NCBI GenBank assembly: GCA_002269645.1
Contig: NIVC01002830.1
Coordinates: 62,001 to 126,000, forward strand
Direction of reading: 5' to 3'
From: Macrostomum lignano
Taxonomy: Eukaryota
Length of the DNA: 64,000 nt
Below are positions 63,314 through 64,000 of this stretch, piece after piece. The translations under genes and the position numbers were made by a program. The notes below the pieces were generated by a model, which did no database searches, was not told the origin of the DNA, and saw nothing but the letters and a program-made list of their open reading frames with translations. Each line of letters begins with the position of its first letter. Positions within the stretch are counted from its first letter, which is position 1.

Positions 63314-63916
63314 AGTCTGTCTGTCTCCCGCAGGCTCACCGGAGGCGCTCAGCACCAGACTCTTGATCCTGTCAAACACGCCATCCGAGCTCAGCACGGC
63401 CAGCCGACCGTCGCCGCACTCAGCCTGAGCAGCACTCGTCGCCGCTCTGCCGTCAGTCACCAGCAGGTGACAACGCAGCTGGCTGCCATCCTGCCAGACG
63501 TCCAGCCATCGCAGCGGTGGCAGCGGAGCGACGGCAGCAGCGCCGAAGCACAGCTCCTCCTGGCAGATGGGCGCGTGGCTGCCCAGGTCGCCACACTGGG
63601 ATTCGGTCTCAGCGTAGCTCACCTGCCCCAGGCCGTCAACCAGGCTGCACCTCCGACGCCGTCGCCAGTCGTGGTGTCGAGCGTCCCGAAACCAGAACTT
63701 GGTGGACGCTGTCGAGACGCCGAGCTGCGTGTTCACGAAGCTTATCAGCAGCAGCAGGTCTTCGTTGTTGGACACCGTGAAGAGCCTCCGACCGCCGCAC
63801 GAACGGCCAGGGACTGCGAGGTCCTTGTAGGCTAAGGTGTTTGTCGCGTCGCAGAAGGTGCACGTGTTTGATCGACGCTGCGCTTTCCAGGAAGCCGGAT
63901 AGCCGGGGCAGGCGCC
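59362..63916 (-). CDS. 3' part of a protein with about four tandem degenerate C-type-lectin-like domains; 5' exons probably outside the window
   Basis: complement(join(59362..59534,60454..61347,63340..63916)), phases 0/1/1 compatible. Repeating module CP-x-[W/F]...C-x-F...A-x3-C...FW[V/L/F]...C...C-x4-6-[F/A]-x-C (e.g. GCSTRLRFVCQK; CPRVNGF...SCVFATVASMDSVEATLVCGG). No EPN/QPD/WND motifs seen. Confidence 0.6.
59561..60415. repeat. 20-bp minisatellite (CACCTGTTAGACACTGATAT) filling the last intron of the lectin-like gene
   Basis: About 42 tandem copies. Confidence 0.95.
61430..62460. repeat. 19-bp G-rich minisatellite (GTAGCTAGGGGAGGGTGGT)
   Basis: Direct reading; lies in an intron of the lectin-like gene. 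Confidence 0.95.
63186..63326. repeat. (TCTG)n microsatellite
   Basis: Direct reading; starts about 13 nt into the intron after the donor at 63339. Confidence 0.95.
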
Positions 63917-64000
63917 CTGCAGGAAATCATTTGAGGCATGTCGACAAGGTCGTACTTTTGCAACCGATGGTTAAGGCCGGCTCATATCACCACCAGTAGC

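Overview
Eukaryotic (metazoan) genomic DNA with spliceosomal introns; no prokaryotic features. Short GC-rich exons with poly-Gln/Ala tracts are separated by introns that mostly carry their own mini/microsatellite array. This style resembles the flatworm Macrostomum, but the species call is inference only. Five protein-coding genes were reconstructed by hand with phase-compatible splice sites: (1) TADA2B/Ada2b (+, 3884-8018); (2) a FOG/U-shaped (ZFPM)-like zinc-finger gene with an N-terminal PR/SET-like domain (-, 11112-about 20201); (3) a Shaw/Kv3-related K+ channel (+, 25744-31734) with an altered S6 gate, an extra S4 arginine and alternative C-termini; (4) a disordered SH3 adaptor whose reading frame switches just before the SH3 domain (-, 33892-36569); (5) the 3' part of a protein with tandem degenerate C-type-lectin-like domains (-, 59362-63916+). 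Also present: two copies of a tRNA-headed SINE with a MIR-like CORE segment, a foldback MITE, a large inverted pair of minisatellite arrays, arrays of tRNA B-box-like motifs, a perfect RFX X-box, GATA-site clusters inside the FOG-like gene, and about 25 tandem arrays. Most long ORFs in the supplied track are artefacts of these arrays. Family assignments rest on remembered motif consensus; no searches were run.
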